A DNA stretch of 64,000 nt, from assembly GCA_964545165.1 (NCBI GenBank), contig CAZJEQ010000002.1, positions 37,072 through 101,071 on the forward strand. Reading direction: 5' to 3'. The notes beneath the pieces are model-generated. The model was given only the letters and a program-made list of their open reading frames with translations. It searched no databases and had not been told where the DNA came from. Positions 45,757 through 54,891 of the stretch are shown in pieces. The position numbers and the translations under genes are program-made. The DNA comes from an uncultured Candidatus Saccharibacteria bacterium. GTDB lineage: Bacteria > Patescibacteriota > Minisyncoccia > Phycocordibacterales > UBA2100. Numbering within the stretch: the first letter of the stretch is position 1; the number at the start of each line of letters is the position of its first letter.

Positions 45757-47922
45757 ATGAAGCTTGTCATCGTCGAGAGCCCCGCAAAAGCCAAGACCAT
45801 CGAAAAATATCTCGGTGCGGGTTTTACGGTGCGCGCTTCGGTAGGCCACATTCGCGATTTGCCCAAGAGCAACAAAGACGCTGTTGATGTAGAAAACGGC
45901 TTTAAGCCACGCTATCTCGTCGTGCCGGAGAAGCAGAAGGTTATTGATGAATTGCAAGATATCGCCGGCCGCGCGACCGAGGTGATCCTCGCGACAGACC
46001 CCGACCGCGAGGGCGAGGCTATTGCGTGGCACTTGGCTCAGACTATCGGACTCAAGAAGCCCAAGCGCATCGTCTTCCACGAAATCACTGAACATGCCGT
46101 CCAGGAAGCCCTCAAGAATCCGCGAAAGATTGATGAGGAACTGGTCTCTGCACAGGAAGCACGTCGCGTACTCGACCGCCTCTTCGGCTACGATCTCTCT
46201 GGCCTCATTTGGAAGAAAGTGCGCTACGGCCTCTCAGCAGGCCGTGTCCAATCACCTGCGCTGCGCATCATCATGGAGCGCGAGCGTGAGATCCGTGCCT
46301 TCATCCCCGAAAAATTCTGGGTCGTCTCTGCTGATGTAAAGGCAAAGAAAGGCGCGCAATTCACCGTGACCTGCTCTGAGGAGCCCAAGACAGAGGAAGA
46401 GGCGGCACGCATCGTGAAAGCCGCAGAGACCAAGGAGTGGTTTGTAAAATCCGTTGACGAGACAGAGGCATCGCGTACCGCGCGCGGCCCCTTCACCACC
46501 TCGACATTGCAGCAGGTCGCCTCGACCCGCCTCGGCTTCTCGCCCTCGCGCACGATGGGTGTCGCACAAAAATTGTACGAGGCAGGTCATATCACCTACA
46601 TGCGTACCGACAGCATGAACCTCGGTAAAGATGCGCAGGAAGCATTGCTTGCTGTCGCCACTGCTGAATTCGGTGAAAAGTACGCTGAGGCACACGTCTT
46701 TAAAACAAAATCCAAAAGCGCGCAGGAGGCACACGAGGCAGTACGCCCGACTGACCCGAAAAAGCGCACCGCTGGAAATACCGACGATCAGAAAAAGCTC
46801 TATACCCTCATTCGTGCCCGCGCACTCGCGAGCCAGATGACCGACGCAAAGACGCTTCGCACCAAGGTGATCGCCAATGTGAAAGGCGCTGAAATCCCTG
46901 ATTTCTCAGCCAATGGCTCACGCGTGATTTTCGACGGCTGGCTCGCGGCGGACCCGGATGCACGCGGTGAAGATGTCGAGCTGCCGAAAGTAGCTGCAGG
47001 AGACGCGCTCGATCTTATGGCGGCACATATGGAAGGCAAAGAAACGCAGCCGCCGTCGCGCTATACCGAAGCAGGATTGGTGAAGGAGCTCGAAAAGCGC
47101 GGCATCGGCCGTCCGTCTACCTACGCGAGCATCCTCCGTACGATCGAAGCACGCGGCTACGTCGAGAAGCAGGGGCGCACACTGCTCCCTACCGCCACCG
47201 GCGATGTCGTCTCCTCATTTATTGAGGAGAATTTCGCGGAATATATTTCAGACACGTTTACTGCCGAAATGGAAAATGAGCTTGATGAAATCTCCGAAGG
47301 CAAACGCGGCTACGAAAAGACGCTCAAGGATTTCTATGGACCCTTCACCAAGGCAGTGAAATCCAAAGCAAAGATCCCCAAAATTACATCGATGGGCGAC
47401 GCACCAGAAGAATTCCTCTGCCCTTTGTGCAGCGGACCGATGGAATACAAGCTGTCCAAGAATGGTCGCTTTATGAGCTGCAAGAAATTCCCTGAGTGCT
47501 TGGGTGCCCGCAAAGAAGACGGATCAGAGATCGCGCCACCGAAGGAGCTCGGCGAGCCCTGCCCCGATTGCGGCGGCAAATTGATTCAACGTGAGGGACG
47601 CTTCGGCATGTTTATTGCTTGCGCGAATTATCCCAAGTGCAAATTCGTGAAGAAAGATCCCGAGGAGGAGGCGAAGGCGAAGACGGGCGTCACCTGCCCG
47701 ACCTGCGGCACGGGCGAAATGCTCGAGCGTCGTGGCCGCTTCGGCATCTTCTTTGCCTGCTCCAACTACCCGCAGTGCAAAAACGCGATCAAGGCCCGCC
47801 CGACGGGCAAGATCTGCGAGATGTGTGGGAGCCTGATGATGGAAGGCACCAAGACGATCCCCGAACGCTGCTCAAGCAAAATCTGCCCCAACCACAATCC
47901 TCATAAGCTCGCGAAGAAGTAA
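45757..47922 (+). CDS. topA: DNA topoisomerase I with C-terminal zinc ribbons
   Basis: VIVESPAKAKTI, DPDREGE, SAGRVQS, ITYMRTD, repeated CxxC zinc ribbons. Confidence 0.97.
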   Translation: MKLVIVESPAKAKTIEKYLGAGFTVRASVGHIRDLPKSNKDAVDVENGFKPRYLVVPEKQKVIDELQDIAGRATEVILATDPDREGEAIAWHLAQTIGLKKPKRIVFHEITEHAVQEALKNPRKIDEELVSAQEARRVLDRLFGYDLSGLIWKKVRYGLSAGRVQSPALRIIMEREREIRAFIPEKFWVVSADVKAKKGAQFTVTCSEEPKTEEEAARIVKAAETKEWFVKSVDETEASRTARGPFTTSTLQQVASTRLGFSPSRTMGVAQKLYEAGHITYMRTDSMNLGKDAQEALLAVATAEFGEKYAEAHVFKTKSKSAQEAHEAVRPTDPKKRTAGNTDDQKKLYTLIRARALASQMTDAKTLRTKVIANVKGAEIPDFSANGSRVIFDGWLAADPDARGEDVELPKVAAGDALDLMAAHMEGKETQPPSRYTEAGLVKELEKRGIGRPSTYASILRTIEARGYVEKQGRTLLPTATGDVVSSFIEENFAEYISDTFTAEMENELDEISEGKRGYEKTLKDFYGPFTKAVKSKAKIPKITSMGDAPEEFLCPLCSGPMEYKLSKNGRFMSCKKFPECLGARKEDGSEIAPPKELGEPCPDCGGKLIQREGRFGMFIACANYPKCKFVKKDPEEEAKAKTGVTCPTCGTGEMLERRGRFGIFFACSNYPQCKNAIKARPTGKICEMCGSLMMEGTKTIPERCSSKICPNHNPHKLAKK

Positions 47923-47962
47923 CCTCATTTGCGTACATCGGTCAGGGCAGTATCATCTGGAG

Positions 47963-49498
47963 ATGATTCCTGCTCCGACCAGACCCCTCAAGGACATTCT
48001 TGGCGCAATGAACTCAAAGACGGCCCCGGATGTGGCGCTTGTCTCCAAAGCATACGAATTCTCCAAAGAGGCACACAAGGATCAGAAGCGCTACTCCGGC
48101 GACAACTATTTCGTGCATCCGGCAGAAGTCGGCTACCTCCTCGCCCAAGTCGGTATGGATGCACAGACGATCGCAGCGGGCCTTCTCCACGACACGATTG
48201 AAGACGCTGGCGTGCGTCCGCAGACGATTGAGGATGAATTTAACGCAGAAGTCCTCACGCTCGTCCAGGGCGTCACCAAGCTCGGCACACTCCGCTACCG
48301 CGGATTGGAGCGTCATACAGAATCGCTCCGCAAGCTCTTCGCTGCTACTGCCAAAGACATTCGCGTCCTCATCATCAAACTCATGGACCGCCTCCACAAT
48401 GCGCGCACACTCGAACACGTCCCAAAGATTGAGAAGCGCACGCGCATCGCGCTTGAGACGCTCGAAATTTACGCGCCGATTGCGGACCGTCTCGGTATGT
48501 CGGTTGCTAAGCAGGAATTGGAAGACGCCGCGTTTCCGTGGGCAATGCCCAAGGAGTACGAGAAGACACGCGAGATGCAGCGTGAGCGCAAAAACGAAAA
48601 CGAGAAGCGTCTGGAGAAGGTCGAGCACGATCTCAAGCGAGAGCTCGCGGAAGCAGGCATCCGCCACTTCAGCGCCGAAGCACGCATCAAGGGTATTTAC
48701 AGTCTGTACAAAAAATTAGAGCGCAAAGATTGGGACATCACCAAGATCTACGACATTCTCGCGCTTCGCATCGTCTTTCCTTCGGTTGCTGACTGCTACT
48801 CGGCACTCGGTGTGATTCATGGGCACTGGCGTCCCGTGCCAGGCAAGATCAAAGACTACATCGCCTTTCCCAAGCCCAACGGCTACCAATCCATCCACAC
48901 GACCGTGTATACGGGTGACGGCGGCGCGCTCGAGATCCAGCTGCGCACTGAATCCCAGCATCGCGAAGCCCTCTACGGCATCGCCTCGCACCTCACCTAC
49001 AAGGAAGTACAGGGCGGTGAAAAGCGCGGTGGGCTCGAATGGATCCGACAATTCTTTCCCCGATCGAAAGCAGCAGTCACGGTGGCGGCTGACCCTGCCG
49101 AGGATAAGGTACCGATGTGGGTACAAGATCTCGCCTCTGCGCATCACGACGGTGAATCCGAAGAATATCTCGATACCCTCAAAACAGACTTCTTCTCACA
49201 TCGCGTATTTGCCTTCACTCCGAAAGGCGACGTTATCGACCTCCCCATCACGGCGACACCGATTGATTTTGCCTATGCGGTGCACTCCGACCTCGGCAAC
49301 AAAATGTCGGGTGCGCGTGTGAATGGAAAGATGGTCTCGCTCGATACCAAACTACGCAACGGCGATCTTGTAGAGATCATCGTGAAGCCTGCTGGAAAGC
49401 CCTCGCGCAAGTGGCACGACATCGCGAAGACCAACATGGCAAAGAAACACATCCGCGCCGCCCTTGCCGCGATGGAGAAAAACAAACCCACGCATTAA
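47963..49498 (+). CDS. rel: RelA/SpoT family (p)ppGpp hydrolase/synthetase (HD-SYNTH-TGS, no ZFD/ACT)
   Basis: LLHDTIED, DRLHN, KPNGYQSIHT, EIQLRT, FTPKG...DFAYAVH. Confidence 0.92.
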   Translation: MIPAPTRPLKDILGAMNSKTAPDVALVSKAYEFSKEAHKDQKRYSGDNYFVHPAEVGYLLAQVGMDAQTIAAGLLHDTIEDAGVRPQTIEDEFNAEVLTLVQGVTKLGTLRYRGLERHTESLRKLFAATAKDIRVLIIKLMDRLHNARTLEHVPKIEKRTRIALETLEIYAPIADRLGMSVAKQELEDAAFPWAMPKEYEKTREMQRERKNENEKRLEKVEHDLKRELAEAGIRHFSAEARIKGIYSLYKKLERKDWDITKIYDILALRIVFPSVADCYSALGVIHGHWRPVPGKIKDYIAFPKPNGYQSIHTTVYTGDGGALEIQLRTESQHREALYGIASHLTYKEVQGGEKRGGLEWIRQFFPRSKAAVTVAADPAEDKVPMWVQDLASAHHDGESEEYLDTLKTDFFSHRVFAFTPKGDVIDLPITATPIDFAYAVHSDLGNKMSGARVNGKMVSLDTKLRNGDLVEIIVKPAGKPSRKWHDIAKTNMAKKHIRAALAAMEKNKPTH

Positions 49499-50508
49499 AC
49501 ACTGAAATTCGAAATGGAGTAGAGATCACTCTCTGTTTTTTCTCCGCCAGCTGGCGGATTTTTCTCAACCTGCTGACCGACCACCTCTTCCGGTGAATCG
49601 GGTCTAATAGGCGGCTCTTCTGGCGGGATCGGCGACGGCTCGGGGGTCTCCAACGCAATGGGCGCGGCACTCACTGCACTGCGCTGCTGAGCGAGTGACA
49701 TGCAAAGCGCGGTCAGATCCTCTGGGGAGAAGAAATCAATCATCACCTTACCGCCAGTATCCTTCTTTTCGATGCGCACGCGCGTACCCAGACTCTCTGA
49801 GAGACGCTTCTCAAGATCAAGAAGATCAGGACTCAGGAGTGCCTTGTGACGCACACGTTCCACCGCGATACGACGTGCGACCTGCTCGGCGTCGCGCACC
49901 GTCATGCGACGCGCAATGATTTCTTTGAAAAGCGTCATTTGCTCTTCTGGTCTGTCGGCGAGCATCAGAAGTGGGCGGGTATGGCCTTCGGAGATTTCTC
50001 CCGACTGGAGCGCGAGCTGCATGAGATCCGGCAGTGCGAGAATGCGGAGCGTGTTGGAGACGTATTCGCGGCTTTTGCCGACGCGCACGGAGATTTCCTT
50101 ATGAGAGAGCGAGAATTCATCGACAAGACGTTTGAATGCCTTGGCGCGATCAAGCGCATTGAGATCTTCGCGTTGCAAATTTTCGATGATCGCAAGCTCC
50201 AGCTTCATGCGATCGCTGTCTTCCCCACTGCGGATAACCACGGGGACTTCGCGAAGGCCGGCGAGCTTTGATGCACGAAGACGTCGCTCACCCGCGACAA
50301 GCTCATACTGTACAAAAATTCCCTCACCGGGACGCTCTACCTCTTTGCGCGTGACGGTGAGTGGCTGGAGGATGCCGTACTGACGAATCGACTCCGAAAG
50401 GGACGCGAGATTAGCCTCATCGAAGGTACGACGTGGCTGAAAGGGGTTTGGCTGGATACGATCTACCTCAACCCAAAAAATGGAATTGTCCTGGTACTGA
50501 CTCGACAT
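49495..50508 (-). CDS. parB: ParB/Spo0J partition protein
   Basis: PNPFQPR, GERRLRA, ENLQREDL, GKSR HTH. Confidence 0.93.
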   Translation of the reverse strand: MSSQYQDNSIFWVEVDRIQPNPFQPRRTFDEANLASLSESIRQYGILQPLTVTRKEVERPGEGIFVQYELVAGERRLRASKLAGLREVPVVIRSGEDSDRMKLELAIIENLQREDLNALDRAKAFKRLVDEFSLSHKEISVRVGKSREYVSNTLRILALPDLMQLALQSGEISEGHTRPLLMLADRPEEQMTLFKEIIARRMTVRDAEQVARRIAVERVRHKALLSPDLLDLEKRLSESLGTRVRIEKKDTGGKVMIDFFSPEDLTALCMSLAQQRSAVSAAPIALETPEPSPIPPEEPPIRPDSPEEVVGQQVEKNPPAGGEKTESDLYSISNFSV

Positions 50509-50547
50509 TTTCGGATTATATCACGCACCGTATTCTCTCATCCTGAC

Positions 50548-51336
50548 CTATTCACTGATCGTCCACGTGGGGCTTTTTATTTCATTTACGCCTCCTGCAT
50601 CCTGCTCATCTATAGAACGCAGGCCGTTGACCTGTATCACGGCCCGATAGTGCGGATAAAGCTGTCCGGAAATCGGATTCGCTACTGATGCCGGCACATC
50701 GATCTCGACTACGACGACCTCACCTGGCAAAGGAACAACGCGTACGCCGCTGACGGGACTTCCGAGCGGGGTGTAACTGTCGGCATCGGCATATTCAAGC
50801 GAAACTTCGAAATCAAATTCAGGCTTTGAGAGGCCATTGTTTTGCCCGCCAACATTTGTCACTTCAAAACGCACGTGTTGCATATCGTTTCTTGCGCGGC
50901 TCGGAAATGAAATGGTCGCGTTGCGGAGCGCGAGGTCGGCTCCGGTGCTCTTCACCGCGTAGAGAGGAATGCCTGGCTCAAAGCTGCCAGGCAGATCCCA
51001 GGTGCAGCTGCTGCTTCCCCTGTCTGTATATAGCGACACGCGTTGGATACAATCTGCTTTTGCGGCTTCTTTGGTCAGAGCAGTCTCGCTGGTGAAAACA
51101 ATCTTGTCGCCGCGCTGTATGTAGTACGGATGCATCTCCGCGCCAGTGAGCGGTGCAGGCTCGTCGGGGACCCCATACTCTTGCGCGGTGAAGGAAGTCG
51201 ACTCGCTGACACCGTGTGGTGCGCTCGACTGCTTGTCGCCGGTGAGAGTAAAAAGATACACGCCTCCCAAGACGAGTGCCGAGACCGCGAGTACGCTCAA
51301 GATCGTAGTCACTCCGACAAAGCCTCTCATGTTCAT
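50548..51336 (-). CDS. Hypothetical membrane-anchored protein
   Basis: RGF followed by a hydrophobic helix; Ig/CARDB-like C-terminus (tentative). Confidence 0.65.
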   Translation of the reverse strand: MNMRGFVGVTTILSVLAVSALVLGGVYLFTLTGDKQSSAPHGVSESTSFTAQEYGVPDEPAPLTGAEMHPYYIQRGDKIVFTSETALTKEAAKADCIQRVSLYTDRGSSSCTWDLPGSFEPGIPLYAVKSTGADLALRNATISFPSRARNDMQHVRFEVTNVGGQNNGLSKPEFDFEVSLEYADADSYTPLGSPVSGVRVVPLPGEVVVVEIDVPASVANPISGQLYPHYRAVIQVNGLRSIDEQDAGGVNEIKSPTWTISE

Positions 51337-51367
51337 ATATGACAATAGTACTTCATTTTTGATGCTA

Positions 51368-51530
51368 TGTGCCGGGAGTGGGAATCGGCCAAGCGCTCGA
51401 GAAATTGCCGACGCAATTTCTCTCCGCTCGGCCCTGCTCAGGCATCCCCGCCTGCTGGCGGGGCCCCAGCCCTCGCCTTCGATTCACACTCCCGGCAATA
51501 AACGTAAAAGTCGACAGAATTCTGTCGACT
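51368..51530. repeat. tRNA-Leu 3'-end-derived direct and inverted repeats enclosing hairpins
   Basis: 51368-51387 is identical to 51542-51561; 51480-51497 is an inverted copy (17/18); 22-bp palindrome at 51509-51530. Confidence 0.85.
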
Positions 51531-51543
51531 CAACGTTTTTGTG

Positions 51544-51625
51544 TGCCGGGAGTGGGAATCGAACCCACACACCTTGCGATACACGATTTTGAGTCGTGCG
51601 CGTCTACCAATTCCGCCATCCCGGC
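51544..51625 (-). tRNA. tRNA-Leu(CAA)
   Basis: GCCGGGA/TCCCGGC acceptor, CT-CAA-AA loop, long variable arm; CCA not encoded. Confidence 0.95.
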
Positions 51626-51761
51626 TTATTTGCTGCCCACTTCGTACAAAGAACCACTGTGCGTAAATTCTCCGATGGACCCTGCCACTACTTATTCCGC
51701 CATCCCGGCTTGCCGCGCATAATACTTCAATAATGAGCCTCTATAAAGTAAGGTAGCCCCT

Positions 51762-52658
51762 ATGGAGCTTCAGAAGGTCCTCGTCATCGTTGGTCCCACC
51801 GCCTCGGGCAAAAGCGCGCTCGGGGTCTCTTTGGCGCGAAAATTCAAAGGCGAGGTGATATCCGCCGATTCGCGGCAGGTCTACAAGGGACTCGATATCG
51901 GGACCGGCAAGATCACCAAAAAGGAGATGCAAGGAATTCCTCATCACCTACTCGATATCGCGAGCCCCAAAAAGAAATTCTCGGCAGGCGATTTCACGCG
52001 TCTCGCCCGCGCCAAAATACATTCGATCTCTACTGCTAAAAAGACGCCGATAGTGGTTGGCGGCACCGGATTTTATATCGATACCTTACTCGGCCGGATC
52101 ACCACACCTGATGTGCCGCCCAACAAAGCCCTGCGTACGCGGCTGCAGAAGAAATCTGCTGCGCAACTCTTCGCGCTCCTGAAGAAACGCGACCCTGCGC
52201 GCGCCAAAGCGATGGATACGCCAAGTGAGCGCAACAATAAAGTGCGTCTTATCCGAGCGCTTGAAATCGCCGCCGCAAAGCCGAGGGGAAAAGATGTCGC
52301 ACCTGCGTATGACGTGCTCTGGATCGGGATCAATCCGCCCTTCGCGACGCTCGAGAAGAAAATCAGCGTTCGCTTATTCGCGCGAATGGGCGAACGCGGG
52401 ATGATCGTCGAGGCGAAGCGTCTACACAAAGCGGGTCTCTCCTACAAACGCATGGAAGAGCTGGGGCTCGAATACCGCTCACTCGCCCGTTTTCTCCAGG
52501 GCAAGATCTCGAAGCGTGAAATGGAAGCCGAGCTCCAGCGCGACATCCGCCGCTATGCCAAAAAGCAGCTCATGTATTGGAAACGCAACAAAGAGATCAC
52601 GTGGTTTGACCCGAAAGACGTGAGGAGAATCGAGTCTCACGTGCGTACATGGATCTAG
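51762..52658 (+). CDS. miaA: tRNA dimethylallyltransferase
   Basis: GPTASGKS, SADSRQVY.GLDIGTGK, GGTGFY, RRYAKKQ. Confidence 0.95.
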   Translation: MELQKVLVIVGPTASGKSALGVSLARKFKGEVISADSRQVYKGLDIGTGKITKKEMQGIPHHLLDIASPKKKFSAGDFTRLARAKIHSISTAKKTPIVVGGTGFYIDTLLGRITTPDVPPNKALRTRLQKKSAAQLFALLKKRDPARAKAMDTPSERNNKVRLIRALEIAAAKPRGKDVAPAYDVLWIGINPPFATLEKKISVRLFARMGERGMIVEAKRLHKAGLSYKRMEELGLEYRSLARFLQGKISKREMEAELQRDIRRYAKKQLMYWKRNKEITWFDPKDVRRIESHVRTWI

Positions 52659-53182
52659 TACCAGTCCTTATGTTTTAGCTGCGAGAGCGCGATAATCGCC
52701 GCGGGTAGGTAGTACTGCGCGCGGTCGATGACGCCGTCGGTGAGCTGGCCCACAAAACCCGTGCTCTGCTTGGAATTCGTCGTGCCGAAGAATCGATCGG
52801 CGGCTTCGCCGAGCTCCAGACCACTCTCGACCAGCTGCGATATTTCGCGTGGGATATGAAAACTCGCGGTGGATGCCTCGGTGATGCTTCCCTCTTTATC
52901 GGCCATCGCAAGCCACGCACGCTCCGCGAGCTGCTTGCCATCGCGGAAGAGGCCGCCTTCTTGAGCAGACCAATAATCCGCATCCGAATGCGATTGCCTG
53001 ATAGCTGCGAGTCGATTGAGTGCGCCTTGGCGCGTCTCGTCATCCATCGGCTGATCTGGGACACCGGAATCCGATTTAACACCCTGCACATCAAATTCTT
53101 CTTCGGGATATACCGCGGCAAACGCACGTCTGGCGACTTCGATTTTCACCGGGTTGGTCGATGCGACAATCACCTTCTTCAT
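52655..53182 (-). CDS. yjjX: Inosine/xanthosine triphosphatase (DUF84)
   Basis: ASTNPVK, SGVPDQPM, GALNR, EGG, ELGEA. Confidence 0.9.
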   Translation of the reverse strand: MKKVIVASTNPVKIEVARRAFAAVYPEEEFDVQGVKSDSGVPDQPMDDETRQGALNRLAAIRQSHSDADYWSAQEGGLFRDGKQLAERAWLAMADKEGSITEASTASFHIPREISQLVESGLELGEAADRFFGTTNSKQSTGFVGQLTDGVIDRAQYYLPAAIIALSQLKHKDWY

Positions 53183-53255
53183 GGCGGGCCCACTAGGAAT
53201 CGAACCTAGGTCAGCGGTTTTGGAGACCGCTGTTCTACCATTGAACTATGGACCC
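53182..53255 (-). tRNA. tRNA-Trp(CCA)
   Basis: GGGTCCA/TGGGCCC acceptor, CT-CCA-AA loop, encoded CCA whose last A is the A of the yjjX ATG. Confidence 0.95.
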
Positions 53256-53290
53256 TTGCGGGCTCAGTATAGTGCCGCGAGAGACTTAAG

Positions 53291-53313
53291 AAAAGAGCGC
53301 CTTTCGGCGCTCT
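53291..53313 (-). terminator. Terminator of rpmG
   Basis: agagcgcc-gaaa-ggcgctct followed by T residues on the - strand. Confidence 0.7.
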
Positions 53314-53319
53314 CGTCTG

Positions 53320-53475
53320 TTACTTCTTGGATTCCTTGAAAATCACGTGTTTGCGGAGCTTTTTTGAGTACTTCTTGAGCTCGATTTTCTTGGTGACGAG
53401 CTTCTTGTTTTTACGCGTCCAGTACACCTCGCCGGTCGGCGCGTGCTTGAGCTGAATCAATTGATCTTGCGACAT
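53320..53475 (-). CDS. rpmG: 50S ribosomal protein L33 (Cys-free form)
   Basis: YWTRKNKK...IELKKYSKKLRKHVIFKE. Confidence 0.9.
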   Translation of the reverse strand: MSQDQLIQLKHAPTGEVYWTRKNKKLVTKKIELKKYSKKLRKHVIFKESKK

Positions 53476-53531
53476 AGTGGGAAGACTATATCGCAACGCC
53501 AGCACATCGTCAATCGGCGCCGCGAGCCGTA

Positions 53532-53972
53532 TCACCCGGCCCCAAGGCCACCGACCCCGCGATCACAGACCTGGTTCCAGGGGCCAAATCGGTTGTCCTC
53601 GTTGACGAATGATTTCATCAACGTATCCACACACACCCAGGAAACCAGCAAAATGACGAGACCGACCGTCACGTTGCTAAATACGCGCTTGGCCTTGCCG
53701 TATTTCTCGCTATTGCCTGCAGCGGTGAGGAATTCAAAACCAGCCCACGCAAACATCACCGCCGCGAGGATAACCAGCATATAGACTCCGGCATTTAAGA
53801 GGTTCTGCGCCAGCTGAGCGAGATCACAGACGCTGCATTTCCACGCCGCTTCTGCGCCCTGGCAGTTGGGCGGCACGATAGGCTCAGTGAGGGCTTTCTG
53901 GGCAAAGGCTGCAATCGGGGTAAGCAGCACCGCACCGGCAGATAGAGCAGCTGCAACACGCTCTAATTTCAT
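53532..53972 (-). CDS. VirB2/TrbC-like pilin (CPR type)
   Basis: Signal peptide, Cys cluster, two TMs with AG...TAAGN....KAK pattern. Confidence 0.75.
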   Translation of the reverse strand: MKLERVAAALSAGAVLLTPIAAFAQKALTEPIVPPNCQGAEAAWKCSVCDLAQLAQNLLNAGVYMLVILAAVMFAWAGFEFLTAAGNSEKYGKAKRVFSNVTVGLVILLVSWVCVDTLMKSFVNEDNRFGPWNQVCDRGVGGLGAG

Positions 53973-54017
53973 GGAGATATTGTAGCACGGTCAAAAATGC
54001 GGCATACTTCAGCGCAC

Positions 54018-54100
54018 GCGTCGTTACCCAAGTGGTCAAAGGGGACTGGCTGTAAACCAGTTGACTTCGGTCTTCGTTGGTTCGAATCCAACACGGCGCA
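54018..54100 (+). tRNA. tRNA-Tyr(GTA)
   Basis: GCGTCGT/ACGGCGC acceptor, CT-GTA-AA loop, long variable arm; CCA not encoded. Confidence 0.95.
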
Positions 54101-54105
54101 CAAAT

Positions 54106-54861
54106 ATGAGGGCCACTCACAAGCACCCCTTGGTATCCGTGGTCGTACCGACACTCAACGAAGAGCAGTACTTACCTCACCTCCTTGAATCTCTAGTGGG
54201 TATTGAAAATATGGACATCACCGTTGTCGACGGAAATTCTACAGATCAAACGACTGCTGTTGTATCACGTTATTTCGATCGGTTTTCGGGCACATCATCA
54301 TTACGACTCATACAGACAAACGACCGCAGTATCGCCAAACAGAGGAATCTTGGTGCTCGCGCCTCAAATCATGCGATATTACTTTTCCTCGATGCCGACG
54401 TCGTGATTCCTTCGCACAGTACATATCACGATCTTCTCGACCTTTTTTTAGCCCGGGAATGGAGCGCCATGAACCCGAAATATACTTCTCATCCGCTCGA
54501 TAATCACCGTTTCGGATTCTGGGGCTTTGAAATCATTTACCTTTTGCAAAAAGTCTCTATCGCGATTGGCAAACCATTTTTTACGGGCGCGTGCATCTTT
54601 ACACATCGCGACATATTTGAACGCATCGGTGGCTTTGATGAGACGCTACTTCTCAGTGAGGACATGGATTTCGCACGACGCATTACACCCCACCGGCCAT
54701 GTGGCGTCGTGCCGATCAAAGTTGCGACCTCTACGCGTCGCTTGAAGAAAATTACTTTCAGAGGATCACTTTCAATAGCAAAAGCACTTCCTGGTCTCGT
54801 AGTACACGGTCGGGTATCGAACAATCTCGTTACCCATTACGGCTTCGGAGATCACAGATAA
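54106..54861 (+). CDS. Glycosyltransferase family 2
   Basis: SVVVPTLNEE, VVDGNSTD, FLDAD, GGFDE, ED. Confidence 0.9.
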   Translation: MRATHKHPLVSVVVPTLNEEQYLPHLLESLVGIENMDITVVDGNSTDQTTAVVSRYFDRFSGTSSLRLIQTNDRSIAKQRNLGARASNHAILLFLDADVVIPSHSTYHDLLDLFLAREWSAMNPKYTSHPLDNHRFGFWGFEIIYLLQKVSIAIGKPFFTGACIFTHRDIFERIGGFDETLLLSEDMDFARRITPHRPCGVVPIKVATSTRRLKKITFRGSLSIAKALPGLVVHGRVSNNLVTHYGFGDHR

Positions 54862-54891
54862 AACAACAGACCCCGAATGGGGCCAGTTGTT

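Noticed and set aside
51368-51561. Prophage or ICE att pair at tRNA-Leu
   Set aside because: Only about 150 bp lie between the direct repeats and there is no integrase; reported instead as a miniature element.
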